DNA from: Rhynchopus sp. YZ270_cl-10
Lineage: Eukaryota
DNA: 64,000 nt
NCBI GenBank assembly: GCA_964035575.1
Contig: OZ037844.1
Location: 1,054,001 to 1,118,000 of the forward strand
Direction of reading: 5' to 3'
Part shown: positions 24,101-36,785 of the stretch, piece after piece
Layout of the letters: every line of letters begins with the position of its first letter
Position numbering within the stretch: position 1 is the stretch's first letter
Notes under the pieces: generated by a model
What the model saw: the letters and a program-made list of their open reading frames with translations, nothing else
Databases searched by the model: none
What the model was told of the DNA's origin: nothing
Translations under genes and position numbers: made by a program

Positions 24101-27100
24101 CACGGATGCTGCCAGATCTGGCCAGATTTGGGGGCCAATTTCCCAGATCTGGCTCGTTTTCCAGATGTGGAGATCTTGTTTCCAGATCTGGCCAGATCTG
24201 GGAATCTGGGAAATTTTTTTTTTCAAAAAAAAAAAAAAACCCCCCAGATCTGGCCAGATCTGGAAATCTGGCCAGTTTTTTTTTTTTCCTCAGATTTCTG
24301 GCTATTGTCTCCCAGGGAAAGGGACTCTCGAATTTTTTTTTTCGCCCCTAAAAAGGCTAATTTCGACGATTTGAGGCCATTAAAAGCAAAATTTGACACT
24401 TTTGAGCATCTGTGGGGGTCTAAAACGTGGTTTCGCGCACCCGAAATTTCGTGGTTTTTACCAAAGACAAGTCGATTTTTGAAAAATCTCGAAAAAAAAA
24501 ATTTTTTTTTCCGGGAAAATTTGGACCCCTGAGTAGGGTTTTTGTGCACCAAAAAGTGCAAAAAAACGCAAGAGTCGGGTGTTTTGACGATCTGGGGTAC
24601 CGCCATATGCACTACAGGGGCCCATAATTTCGACTTTTTCTTAGCAATTTCCTTCATAATTTTTTTTCTCGATTTTTGGCAAAGGCAAATCTCAGGCAAA
24701 AAAAATTCACCCCTGATAGTGGGTCCTTGGGTGTCCAAAGATGCCAAAAACACAAAATTTTTGATGTTTTGACCATCTGTGGGCGCCTAAAACGCACTTC
24801 TCTGCCCAAAAAAAAATGAATATCGATTTTTCCTTAGCGTTTTTATAGTCGTGATTTTTGGGTACTTTTTCGCAAAGGGAAAAAAAAAGAGAAAAGTTCG
24901 ATTTCGGCCTCGAAAATACCCGTGACACCGATTTGTCACGGTACTTTGTCACGGAATTTTTTTGAAAGATTCGATTTCGTGACAAAAAAAAATCGATTTC
25001 GTGACAAGCCGATTTTTTCATTGACACACAAAATTCAATTTAGTGACAAATGACTTTTTTCATTGACAAAAAAAAATTCGATTTCGTGACAAATCCATTT
25101 TTTCATTGACAAAAAAATGTCATTGAAAAAAATGGAATTTGTCAAGGAAAAAGTCGTGACAGCCAACCCGCCAGTCACTGAAAAGTGACCAGACAGCCAC
25201 TTGACAAACACAAAAGAGGCCATTCTTGAGCTGTCTAGAAACCGAAGGGCAGAGACTGAAGACACAAGGTATGATAACTTTATGATTATGCAAGACTTAG
25301 TATATCGCGAACACGGTCAGGCTTGCACGCCTCTGGCCAGAGGCCAGCCCCACTAAATGATATGCAGCAGACACTCATTGCAGATTTCATTTTCATTCGG
25401 TAAAAAATTAATGGGTGCGCACGTTTCTATACCTAATACCCCAACCCTCACCCATACATTCCATTACACACACCAAAACAGATCGAATCCACCAGCGCAT
25501 GCGACGGAAGCAGATTCAGATTGTGGTTTGATAAGCAGAGTTCGGTTATTATGGTGGTGGAAAGGGGGGTGGGAACACTTTGTCAGTCACTGCTATAGCC
25601 ATTAACCAGGGAGCATAGCTAGTGCAAGAAATTCGACTTTGGAAACCTTCCGGAAAGTCTGTCCTCTGCTTCCGGAGGACTAGACACAAGAAAATATTGT
25701 TTGTTCCCCCAGAAAACCAGTGCACAATTCACACTCCTTGTGGGTGGTCTTGTTGCCTTTTCGTCATAGTAATTTTGGCCCAGGCATGCTCTTGAAGCAT
25801 GACAATTTAGTGTGTATGGGGCAGGGTGTTGTTTTGTTCTGAATTCTCTTTGTTATAACATCTAAGTCAATCGCGGGTGGTGGTTTGTGTAGCGTGAGGC
25901 ACTCTTTTTAACAAACTTCCTGCAGTTGCTATGCACTGTTATTTCTTCGGATTTATCATCATACAGCGTAACATAGTGGATTCGCCTGGTCGACACAACC
26001 TTTGATAGATATGGGATAACCAACCCCCTTCGACCCCTCGTGGGTTCACTGAACAAGCCCTAGTGGTAGTTAAACGCGATTGACATTTACATTCCTAGAG
26101 ATGAAAGAACAAGATAACACTTCTGTACCCGCGCATCAAAATTGTGGAAAACTTTGCACCCCAAACACCCTCAACAACGCCCGCCAAAAGGCGCCCCTTG
26201 TTGCTGGGAGTTGGTTCTCATGTTTGATACACTGCACAGCAGGCATTCCTCTGAGTCCAACGCATGTTTGGCCTGTCTGCGGCGTTGTACTTAAGGTGCA
26301 CGAAGACAGGGTCTGGTGGTAAATTTTGCGTAGTACTGCGACGTGGTACTACGTGGGTCTGGGAACCTGGTACCTGGGTACAGGATATTTGTTGTCAAAG
26401 ACATCTTCCACCATGCATTGAGGAGGGTAAGACAGTGTTCGCAGTTTCTACCTGATAGCATTACACATTTAACTTCTCCACGGGGGTCTTGGGCCGTTCA
26501 TTCGGTTATACCTTGACTACCGGAAGATATTCTTGAGGCCTTTTTGGTCTCTAGAATATCCGGTCTTCCCGAACGGAGGCACACTTTGTGTGTTACTACG
26601 ACCTGGCAATTTCCAGCAGTAGGTTAAGTAATCTTTCTTGTAAATTGTTGGATCATTATCTCCTCAGTGCATGAATGCCCCACGTGACTGGACACTTTTG
26701 TGTTTGTCATGTGGAGCTGTGGTTGCTCTTTCACGACTTTTATCCTTGTATCCAGTGTACCCAGTACCCAGTGCCCTGTCACGACTTTTTCCGTGACAAA
26801 AAGTTTGGTTTCCTTGACAAAATCCATTTCTGTCACGACTTTTTCCGTGACAAAAAGTTCGGTTTCCTTGACAAAATCCATTTTTTCATTGACATTTTTT
26901 TGTCACTGAATTTTTGGATTTGTCACGAAATCGAATTTTTTTTTGTCAATGAAAAAATCGGTTTGTCACGAAATCGAATTTTGTGTGTCAATGAAAAAAT
27001 TGGTTTGTCACGAAATCGATTTTTTTTTGTCACGAAATCGAATCTTTCAAAAAAATTCCGTGACAAAATTCCGTGACAAATCGGTGTCACGGTAATTTTC

Positions 27101-29305
27101 GAGGCCGAAATCGAACTTTTCTCAAAAAAAAAATATCAACCAAAATAGTGGGTCCTTGGGTGACCAAAAATGCAAAAAAAACGCATTTTTTTGGTGTTTT
27201 GACCCTTCAGAACCACCCAAAACGCACTTTTGTGTACCAAAACACGCATATTTCACATTTCCTTAGCAATGCCTTCACAAGTGCAAGGTGATTTTTGACC
27301 AAACTAATTTTGTGCACTTTTTTTGTGGTCACGTAACGCTAAAATCCTCTCCGTGATGCGAGAATTACATGTGCGAATGCGATAATGATTCTCGCATGCG
27401 AACGCCCAAAACCACGAAGGAGGACGCAAGCAAGGCTTCAGTGCACTTAGGTACAGGATGCGTCGTTTTCAGTTACAAAAAAGGGTACTGTGAAGCGGTT
27501 GAGGCACACACAGACCCGTTGCAAAATGCATCTGGGACCCACGCTAGACCCCCCAAAAGCTGTAAAACCATATATTTCCATCTCGCCAGACCCCAGCGGA
27601 TGTGGACTGAGGTGTTTTTTTTGGGTGTTTAGAAAGGTTTTTGTCCGATTGGAGAATTTTTTCGGTAAGTATTGCATTTTGTCCCCACTGAGTGTGCACT
27701 CAGAAAACACTCATCAATAAAACGACCTTTCTGTTCGGTAAAAAATAGTTATTTTCTACCGTAGTAGTGGGTTTGTCGTGCAGTGATGTTCTTTGTACCT
27801 GGAGAGTGGGCCGAGTGCAAGGTATGTTTTTAACCCCCCGGTTTTCTCCCTTTTCGACATGTCCGCTATTTTTTAACTATTTTTTTTTTTTTTTTTTGTC
27901 AACAAAAATGTCACTTTTACGTTTAAGGGGTACGGGGCGGCTTCTTGTTTGTTTGTTTGTTTTTTTGTTGTAGTCTCTACTTTTACATTCAATTTCTCTT
28001 AACAGGTACCCGAACCGACGACCCTTCATCGTGACAGCGAAGCAGTGCCGACGGAAGAGCTGGTGCAATTATTTGAAAACCAGGTGGCGATCGTAAAAGT
28101 TGGGTTTATATACCAACTTTTCCATTAACCCACCCCATAGACCACCCTAATTATTATGAAACTCTTAGTCAGTCACTGCTATAGCCATTTAACCCAGGGA
28201 GCATAGCTAGTGCAAGAAATTCGACTTCGGGATCCGGAAAGTCTGTCCTCTGCTCTTGCGGAGGACTAGGCACAAGAAAATATTGCGTTCCCCCAGAAAA
28301 CCAATTTTTGTCAGAGTAATTTTTGCCCAGGGCATGCTCTTGAAGCATGGCGGCTTGGTGTGAGAAGGGGCAGTGTATTGTTTTGTTCTAGATTTCAACG
28401 GTTGTTAGAACGAGTCAAGTGGATGCTTATCTAAACACTGACTTTAGTACAGACCCGAGAGATCACACATGACTTTGAGGAAAGAACAAAGCAATGCATC
28501 TGTACCCGCACGCCAGGTTGTAGTTACTTCAGAATTTTCTTAAGTTTGCATGAACGAGGAGGGCGAATCATTCTTCGGGAACCATTAGCTGTATACCATG
28601 GAATGATTTTCTCAAAAACACCACGTGGGGGCTGAATTCAATCCCTTAAGAATTGCGAATTCAGCCTTTGTAGAAGGTACGTCTTACTTGTACTTGTACT
28701 TGTATGCCGTGTCCACCCTTCTCGACCTTACCGGTTCACATGTACGAATAATATTAGGCAGTGGTAACACCCTTCTCAATTGTGCAAACTTAAGAATTTT
28801 CTGCTGTAACTTACCAAAATCGATTTTCTTTCACCCCAAACACCCGCAACACCCCACCTGCTACTTCGGTAGCCTGTGTTGTTGGGAGTTGGTTCTCATG
28901 TTGATCCCCAGTGTTTTGCACTGCTTCTTCTGAGCCCAACGCTGTTTGGCCTGTCGACGTAATAAATACGAAGACAGGGCGGCGGTGCCAACAATTTTCC
29001 GATGATGTAACGTTTATCTGATTGATTTATCGTTTGATATACCTTGTGTGTCCTACTTCGTAACTTGCACACACGAGCAACGTATATTGAACGGTACTTC
29101 AAGCGATACTTCGTTATGTCATTGGGGGTACCTGGAAAAAAAAATTTTCCCAGACGTCCCAGATCTCCCAGATGTGGCCAGATCTGGCCAGATCTGGGAC
29201 GTCTGGGAAAAATTTTTTTTTCAAAAAAAAAAAAAAATTTTCCAGATCTGGCCAGATCTGGGAGGCCCAGATCTGGAGATCTGACCAGATCTGGCAGCAT
29301 CCGTG
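24101..29305. mobile_element. 5.2-kb CAC...GTG TIR element (CMC/CACTA-like) with nested inserts
   Basis: TIR cacggatgctgccagatctgg / ccagatctggcagcatccgtg; subterminal ccagatctgg palindrome arrays; T-runs on both flanks. The two ends could belong to separate copies. Confidence 0.7.
24889..27123. mobile_element. Long-TIR (foldback/Mutator-like) element
   Basis: ~270-bp inverted arms gagaaaagttcgatttcggcctcgaaaat... with gtgacaaa repeats; A-run flanks. Confidence 0.8.
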
Positions 29306-29550
29306 TTTTTTCGGCTTTTCGAATTTTTTTTGAAGGCGAAAACCAAAAGTCGGCCGGACTCCAGAAAATGTACAGCGTTCCCCTGTCAAAAAATGGCTGT
29401 AAACAATCGGAACATACCCCTCCTCGCCTCCTGTTTTGTAATCTCTCAGGTCAAGACATCGAGCGGTCAACACCTTCATAGAGTTTCAGGAGGAACGTAC
29501 CCTATGATGCAATTAAAGGTCCAGCACAGAACCTAAAAGAAAAGCTAAAT

Positions 29551-29850
29551 GAAAAGTTGAAAAGTTGAAAAGTTGAAAATTTGAAAAGTTGAAAAGTTGA
29601 AAAGTTGAAAAGTTGAAAAGTTGAAAAGTTGAAAAGTTGAAAAGTTGAAAAGTTGAAAAGTTGAAAAGTTGAAAAGTTGAAAAGTTGAAAAGTTGAAAAG
29701 TTGAAAAGTTGAAAAGTTGAAAAGTTGAAAAGTTGAAAAGTTGAAAAGTTGAAAAGTTGAAAAGTTGAAAAGTTGAAAAGTTGAAAAGTTGAAAAGTTGA
29801 AAAGTTGAAAAGTTGAAAAGTTGAAAAGTTGAAAAGTTGAAAAGTTGAAA
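29551..29850. repeat. (GAAAAGTT)n tandem array, about 37 units
   Basis: Direct reading; one variant unit. Confidence 0.97.
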
Positions 29851-30073
29851 AGAAGAACGACTTGCACGAACACCCTTGTCTTGCTAATAGCATTTTTGCA
29901 CAGTATCTAACATTTAGAACAAAAACCAGAAAGGGCAACAGAACGTGTTTTTTCTATCCCCACCCAGTAGCAGTGCCCCCCGTAGCATTGGTCGCAGGAG
30001 GTCTTCAGTCTTCTGCTCGTGGGGTTTGGGAGGGTTTGGGGTATGATTTACCAGAAAAAATACAAACGTCCTA

Positions 30074-31953
30074 AAGGGGGGGTCGACGTATTATGTAGGA
30101 GCGGGTATTATGCTAGCATAATACCCGCACGCTTTTTGAGGCAATTTTAACTTTTCATTTTGAATTTTTTTAAATTTAACCTCCAATTTACCCTTACAGT
30201 CCCGGCTATTTTGCATAGGCTCTTAAATGGGTAGTTTGTATTTATACGGGTTTCTATTTCGTGAATATTTAATTTATTTTTTTAGCGCCGCAAATTTTGC
30301 CAAATAATTATTTAATTTTTGTGGCGGGCCCGCTAGGGCCCGCCATGTCTGCCTGCGGCGCGACCGTAGGGAGCGCCGCAGGCAGACGGTACGGTACAGA
30401 AGCTGAGGCAGGGTGGGGAGGGGCGGCGTCGGAGGAGGAGGAAAAGGGTGGTTTACTTTATTTTTATGAAGGTTATTTTTTGAGGGGTGGGGTGCTGCTT
30501 TTTCTACAGGGTAGATCCTTATTTTCGCTAAAAACGCTGAAAATCCCAGATTTATTTTCGTTTTTTTCCTTTTTTTTTCTCTCCCGTTTTTGAAATTTTT
30601 CGGCGCAGGCCTGACCCTACCGGTTTGTCCGCGAGCGAAGCGAGCGGAAAAAATGAGTGACGGTCTAAAAAAAAATCTAACAAGCAGGTTGGTACCGTAC
30701 TGAGGCAGAATAGTGGTGTTTTTTGACACATCTCAGCTGTCGTAGAACTAGACCCCAGGGGATAATATAGGTTTTGGGGGTTTTCGCTGAAACTCGGTCG
30801 AGCCCAACCCAGCTCGTTAGGGCCTCCGGCGGAATGTGAGAATTCCTCGGTTATCCTACTGCGGAGTTCGGCACTGCATTGATATTTGCACCAGGCACAC
30901 GCAGTGACCTCAGTATATTTACAAAAAGAAACGGCGGTCGTGGCACCCATGGCGAAGCCACGGTACGCAACATTTCTAAAATTGCGCTCAAAATTGCAGA
31001 TATTTACTGCCAAACTAGTCATGGGAAGGGTGGGTTGCAATCTTGCGCCGCAGGCACGGTACGCTACTTTTTTTCTTTCGCATGCTTCCTTTTCCTTCGG
31101 CGTTTGACCAATTAAATCGCATTCTGGCTGTGACCCTTGTCGGACACTGCGCCCTCTGACAAGGGTAATACTTTCTAGAAACATTCTGAAAAAAAGTGGT
31201 AGTGCCCGGCATTAGCAAGAAAATTTCCAAAATTAAATAGGTAGTGCCGATGCACCAGCAGTTTGGGTAGGCGAGACAGCATGGGTGAACCTCCGCGAGC
31301 GCAGCGAGCGGAAATTTTTTTTCGCAGTTTTTGGGAAAAGTTCAAAATCCCACCAAAAATTAAGTGGGGATTTTCGACAACAATACTGGGGCCCCTATGG
31401 GTTTTTGGATTTTGGCCTAACAGTGTTGTGTTTCTGCCTTGGTCCGGTTGAAGTCTTTATTACTGGATCTCATACTCCGTACAGGTGACCCATACCCGAC
31501 CTTTAACACACATGCACTTCTTCGAAACCTCCACCCTCAGCACCAACCTTTTTACAATGGTCCGCTTTGCGGGTTTGCGGACATAGTAATTGTGTTCTTC
31601 AAGGTTATGCTTCAAAATCGTCTTATGCAAGGTGACACTGAGAATTGACACTCATTGGTCCTTGTCTTATGAACTGAAGACAAATATTAAAGGGGCATTA
31701 AGGGGCGGGCCGAAGGCCAGCCAAAAAAAACGGTAGCGAACTTTTATTTTTTTTTCCTTTTGGTTTCCCCCTTATTTTGACTTTCCGGATCGATTGCGGA
31801 CCGTGGTGGTGCCACTCTGTGCCTGGAAATTAGTAGGTAACCAAAAAAATGGGCCAGAGAAAAAAGGAAAAAAAAAAAGGAAAAAAAAATAAAAAATCTC
31901 GAATCCTTATTTTCACTTTCGCTAAGGATCTACCCTGTTTTTCTAAATTGCTT

Positions 31954-31988
<35 letters not shown>

Positions 31989-32621
31989 AAAACTTGGTTG
32001 TATTAGTGTAGACACCCGAGGATGAACTCCACTATACTTTTTTTTAAAATAGTTAAGAGATGAAAAGGTGACTGGCTGACGACACTCCGGACCGGCAGCG
32101 ACATTCTCTACCAGCGCCACGTCTTCAGCCTGCGCCTCGGCCACCTCAATAGCCTCTGCGGCCATCCTTCCCGCCATTTCGAGGGCAATGTCGATCGGAT
32201 GTGTGGATGTTCCGCTCATATTATAGTTTTGTGAAGGAGTGTGTGGGCGAAGTGGGCGAGTGTGTGTGGGTGAAGGAGTGTCTGTGGGGTTAACGGTAGT
32301 AAACTGGGTTTCGTGGGTCACTAATAAGCGAGGTTTTTATCTTGAATAATTAATTAATTTTTGGCGGCTTCACGAAATAGAAACCCAGATTATTATAGTC
32401 GGGACTGTATGTAGGGGGGCGGAAGGGGAAGGGGCACCAAAATTAGGAATAATCGAAAGAAAAAATACAATTTAACCTACATAGTGCTTACATAGTGCTA
32501 ACATAAGCCCCGACATAGTGCTTACACAATGCTTACATAATAACAGGTTCAGATTAAAAATCTTAACGAAAATTCTCAAAAATTTTAAAATTGAGCTATC
32601 ATAATACGTCGACCCCCCCTT
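30074..32621. mobile_element. TA-TSD TIR element (AAGGGGGGG termini) with a nested hAT-type MITE
   Basis: TIR aagggggggtcgacgtattatg / cataatacgtcgaccccccctt; empty paralogous site aacgtccTAaaccggcc at 18541-18557. Confidence 0.93.
30507..31937. mobile_element. hAT-type MITE
   Basis: TIR cagggtagatcctta / taaggatctaccctg; 8-bp TSD tttttcta. Confidence 0.88.
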
Positions 32622-32714
32622 TAAACCGGCCTCACCACTCACGTCAAGTAGCCGACACACACAAAGGGGGGAATTTCAAAGAAAACAATGATTCAGCTCA
32701 AGAGCCGCAGACAA

Positions 32715-35700
32715 TCAGGAAGGCTGTATTCCCACTGCGGTCACCTCAGACGCGTTCGTGGAGTGCTCGAGAAGAATCTGCGCCACACGATGTCCATGTC
32801 GACGTGATGCGACGTGCAACGCAGTCTCGCCCCCATTAGCTGCGTGATGCACATCCACTTCCGGCAAGCCAATAAGATAGCGCATAATCTCGGTGTGTCC
32901 AAAATGTGCTGCAAGGATGAGACACGTGTTACCTGCGATGTCTGTGGCACGCACTCCCGCACCTGCTTCGACCAACATCTTCACCTTTGCCACATCCCCG
33001 TTCTCGCAAGCCACAAGCAGAGGCGAACGACCCAAGTTGTTCCTTGCCTCGATGTCTGCCCCTCCATCAATCAGCACCTGCACCACATCGGGATAATATC
33101 TCTTTGCTGCCCAGTGCAACGCAGTCATCCCGTTCTCATCTGCGTGATTCACGTCCACCTCCGGCAAGCCCACAAGATAGCGCATCAGCTCGAGTCCTTC
33201 CTGCAATGAACATCCACACCACACCCCTTTGATAAGACAGGTGGCGCCTTTGTTATCAGCAGCTTGCACATCCGCACCTGCGCCGACCAACACTTTCACT
33301 ATAGCGAGATGCCCTGAAGAGCTCGCAAAGAGCAGAGGTGTACTACCCACGTTGCTCCTTATTTCCATGTCTGCCCCTCCATCAATCAGCGCCTGCACCA
33401 CATCGGGATGTACTCCCTGCTGTATCGCACAGAACAGTGCTCTTCGGCGGTTGCGCACTTCATCCACATCCACCTGTGGCAAGCCTGCAAGGTAGCGCAC
33501 CGTCTCAGTGTGTCCTTGAATCACTGCGAGCAGAAGACAGGAGTCTCTTCTCTTGTCTGCTTCAGCCACTGCTGCGCCTGCTTCGACCAACATCTTCACA
33601 CTCACGACATCATCACCAAGGCTCGCACACTCCAGAGGCGAGTGACCCCAACTGCCCTTTGTCTCGATGTCTGCTCCTGCATCAATCAGCACCTGCACCA
33701 CATCTGGATGTCCTTCCTGCACTGCACTGTACAATGCAGTGTGGTTGTTCCTTGCTTGGTAATTGACTTCCACCTCCGGCAAGCCCACAAGATAGCGCAC
33801 AGTCTCGGTGTGTCCATGATGTGCTGCAAGGATAAGACACGTCTGTCCTATGTTGTCTTGTGTGACACGCACTCCCGCACCTGCTTCGACCAACATCTTA
33901 ACAATGTCGAGCTTGCCTAAAGTACTAGCCACAAGCAGAGGTGCACAACCCAAGTTGTCCCTTCTCTCGATGTCTGCCCCTGCTCCAATCAGCACCTGCA
34001 CCACATCGGGGTGTCCTTCCTCCACCGCATTCTGCAACGCAGTTTGGTTGTTCATTCCTTGGTGATGCACGTCCACATCCTTCAAACCCACAAAATACCG
34101 CACAGTCTCGGTGTGTCCAAAATGTGCCGCAAGGATCAGACACGTGTCTCCATCGTTGTCTGTGATACGCACTCCCGCACCTGCTTCGACCAACATCCTG
34201 GCAACTTCAAGTCCCCCACACTCGCTCGCACACAGCAGAGGCGAACGACCCAAGTTGTCCCTTCTCTCGATGTCTGCCCCTGCTCCAATCAGCACCTGCA
34301 CCACTTCTGCACGTTTTCGGAGCACTGCGCCGTGCAACGAGGTCATCCCGTTCTCACCTGCGTGATTCACATCCACCTCTGGCAAGCCCACAAGATAATG
34401 CACCATATCGGTGTGTCCACCATTCGCAGCAAGCGTAAGACATGTGGCACCTTTGTTGTCTGTGACACACACTCCTGCACCTGCTCCGATCAACATCTTC
34501 ACAATATCGAGCTTGCCGAACATGCTTGTCAAGAGCAGAGCTGAACGCCCGTCCTTGTTCTTAGTCTCCACGTCTGCCCCTGCTGCAATGAGCTCCTGCA
34601 CCAGGTCGGGATACGGTAGCCGCACTGCGAAGTGCAACGCAGTCTCGCCACAGCTATTTACATGATTCACATCCACCTCCGGCAAGCCCACAAGATAGCG
34701 CACAGTGTCAACGTAGCGAGCAGGCGCCTTAGTGCTCAGAGACGTCGAGTCTTGCTCATCTGGGGACTCAAGTTTCGGTACCGGTGCCTGTGCTGCCACA
34801 CTCGACTCTTCACTCATTCGTGTATCTTCCGTAAGTCCAGGCATTGCGGATTTGGCCACGTCGCGATGAGAGTTGTCACCTTGGGACGTCGTCGCTTGCA
34901 CCGTGACCCGTTCCTCCGGTGGCAAGCGAAACAAAGAGCGCAATAAATTGCGTACATTCTCTTCTTGAGCAACTGCTGCTGCAATGGTAAGACATGTGTC
35001 ACCCTTGTTGTCTGTGACACACACTCCCGCACCTGCTTCGACCAACATCTTCACAATATCGAAGCTCCCTGACCTGCTTGCCAAGAGCAGAGGTGAAGAC
35101 TTGTCCTTGTTATTTGCCTCGATGTCTGCCCCTGCATCGATGAGTTCCTGCACCACACCGGGAAACTGTTGCTGTACTGCGAAGTGCAAAGCAGTGTAGC
35201 CGTCAGCATCTGGATGACTGACTTCTACATCCTTCAAGCCGGCAAGATAGCGTACAGTCTCGGTGTGTCCAAAATATGACGCAAGGGTAAGACACGTGCG
35301 TCCTTTGTTGTCTGTGGCACGCACTACCGCACCTGCTTCGACCAACATCTTCACAATGTCAGGCATGTCCATACAGCTAGCCACGAGCGGAGCTGAACGC
35401 CCGTCCTCACCCGTTCTGTCCAGTTCTGCCCCTGCATCAATTAACACCTTCACTATGTCTTGATGCTTTTCAACGACTGCTAAGTGCAACGCAGTCAGGT
35501 TAAGATCTTTGCAACCTAGTTGATTCACGTCCACTTGCGGCAGGCCCACAAGATAGCGCACAATCTCGGTGTGTCCATGATATGTCGCACGGAGAAGACA
35601 CGTCACTCCTTCTATATTTGAACCGCGCACACCCGCACCTGCTTCCACCAACATCTTCACAATGTCGAGATGCCCTGTGGTGCAAGCCAACAGCAGAGGT

Positions 35701-36785
35701 GAAGACCCTTCCTCGTCCTTTACCTCGATGTCTGCCCCAGCCTCAAACAGCACCTCAACCACACCTGGATGGTTTCGCATCACTGCAAAATGCAACGCAG
35801 TGTGGCCACAGTTCGTGTGATTCACGTCCACATCCTTCAAGCCAACAAGATAGCGCACAGTCTCGGTGTGTCCTGAAGCTGACGCCATGATAAGACATGT
35901 GTATCTCTGGCTGTCTGAGACACACACACCCGCACCTGCTTCGACCAACATCTTCACAATATCGAGATGACCTGCGATGCTTGCCAAGAGCAGAGGTGAA
36001 CGGCCATCTTTGCTCTTCGCCTCGATGTCTGCACCTGCATCAATGAGAAGACACACCACATCGGGAAACTGCTGCTGCACTGCGAAATGTAACGCAGTGT
36101 AGCCGTTGTTCTCTGAGTGATTCACGTCCACCTCTGGCAAGACCACAAGATAGCGCACAGTCTCGGTGTGTCCAAAATATGCCGCAAGCATAAGACACGT
36201 GCGTTCATGGTTGTCTGTGACACACACTCCCGCACCTGCTTCGACCAACATCTTCACAACTGCGATCTTGCCCGAAATGCTCGCCCTGAGAAGAGGTGAA
36301 CGTCCAACCTCATCCTTTGTCTCGATGTCTGCCCCTGCATCAATGAGCACCTGACACACTGCAGGGTCCGCCCACATGGCTGGACAGGGACGAGGTGTCG
36401 TACCTTGGGTCTCATCCTTGTGCCCGTGTGGGACAAACGCAACGTTGCTGCAGACTGACTTCCAATGCTGCAAGAGGACCTCCGTGCACGCAGTGTGGTC
36501 TGCGTGGATGCACTCACTCAGCAGCATCCCGAAGCCCATCTGCGTTGTCTCAACATACGGAAGAAGCAGTGCGAGGCATTCATCGTGGTTCCCTCTGCAT
36601 GCCTCATGCACAGCATCGAAGGCAACCGTTTTGCTGTCTGTGTCTGGGATGAGCTTCTCAAGTCCCACCCGCACGGCAGTCGTGTCGCCGTTCCTGGCAG
36701 CCTCCACCAAGACCGAGGCTGCAGAAACCTTTCTTCTCTTTGGTGCCTTCTCGTCAGGTGTGCTGTCTGTGTGTCGCTTCGACAT
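32715..36785 (-). CDS. Ankyrin-repeat protein, copy C (~1356 aa)
   Basis: Intact ORF; same N- and C-caps as copies A and B; non-ankyrin insert at ~34712-34975. Confidence 0.93.
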   Translation of the reverse strand: MSKRHTDSTPDEKAPKRRKVSAASVLVEAARNGDTTAVRVGLEKLIPDTDSKTVAFDAVHEACRGNHDECLALLLPYVETTQMGFGMLLSECIHADHTACTEVLLQHWKSVCSNVAFVPHGHKDETQGTTPRPCPAMWADPAVCQVLIDAGADIETKDEVGRSPLLRASISGKIAVVKMLVEAGAGVCVTDNHERTCLMLAAYFGHTETVRYLVVLPEVDVNHSENNGYTALHFAVQQQFPDVVCLLIDAGADIEAKSKDGRSPLLLASIAGHLDIVKMLVEAGAGVCVSDSQRYTCLIMASASGHTETVRYLVGLKDVDVNHTNCGHTALHFAVMRNHPGVVEVLFEAGADIEVKDEEGSSPLLLACTTGHLDIVKMLVEAGAGVRGSNIEGVTCLLRATYHGHTEIVRYLVGLPQVDVNQLGCKDLNLTALHLAVVEKHQDIVKVLIDAGAELDRTGEDGRSAPLVASCMDMPDIVKMLVEAGAVVRATDNKGRTCLTLASYFGHTETVRYLAGLKDVEVSHPDADGYTALHFAVQQQFPGVVQELIDAGADIEANNKDKSSPLLLASRSGSFDIVKMLVEAGAGVCVTDNKGDTCLTIAAAVAQEENVRNLLRSLFRLPPEERVTVQATTSQGDNSHRDVAKSAMPGLTEDTRMSEESSVAAQAPVPKLESPDEQDSTSLSTKAPARYVDTVRYLVGLPEVDVNHVNSCGETALHFAVRLPYPDLVQELIAAGADVETKNKDGRSALLLTSMFGKLDIVKMLIGAGAGVCVTDNKGATCLTLAANGGHTDMVHYLVGLPEVDVNHAGENGMTSLHGAVLRKRAEVVQVLIGAGADIERRDNLGRSPLLCASECGGLEVARMLVEAGAGVRITDNDGDTCLILAAHFGHTETVRYFVGLKDVDVHHQGMNNQTALQNAVEEGHPDVVQVLIGAGADIERRDNLGCAPLLVASTLGKLDIVKMLVEAGAGVRVTQDNIGQTCLILAAHHGHTETVRYLVGLPEVEVNYQARNNHTALYSAVQEGHPDVVQVLIDAGADIETKGSWGHSPLECASLGDDVVSVKMLVEAGAAVAEADKRRDSCLLLAVIQGHTETVRYLAGLPQVDVDEVRNRRRALFCAIQQGVHPDVVQALIDGGADMEIRSNVGSTPLLFASSSGHLAIVKVLVGAGADVQAADNKGATCLIKGVWCGCSLQEGLELMRYLVGLPEVDVNHADENGMTALHWAAKRYYPDVVQVLIDGGADIEARNNLGRSPLLVACENGDVAKVKMLVEAGAGVRATDIAGNTCLILAAHFGHTEIMRYLIGLPEVDVHHAANGGETALHVASRRHGHRVAQILLEHSTNASEVTAVGIQPS

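Noticed and set aside
29502..29938. ORFs with FNFSTFQL repeats
   Set aside because: Translation of the octamer satellite.
30070..30080. TTAA-type (Kolobok/piggyBac) TSD for the AAGGG elements
   Set aside because: The empty site and the other AAGGG-ended copies support a TA duplication.
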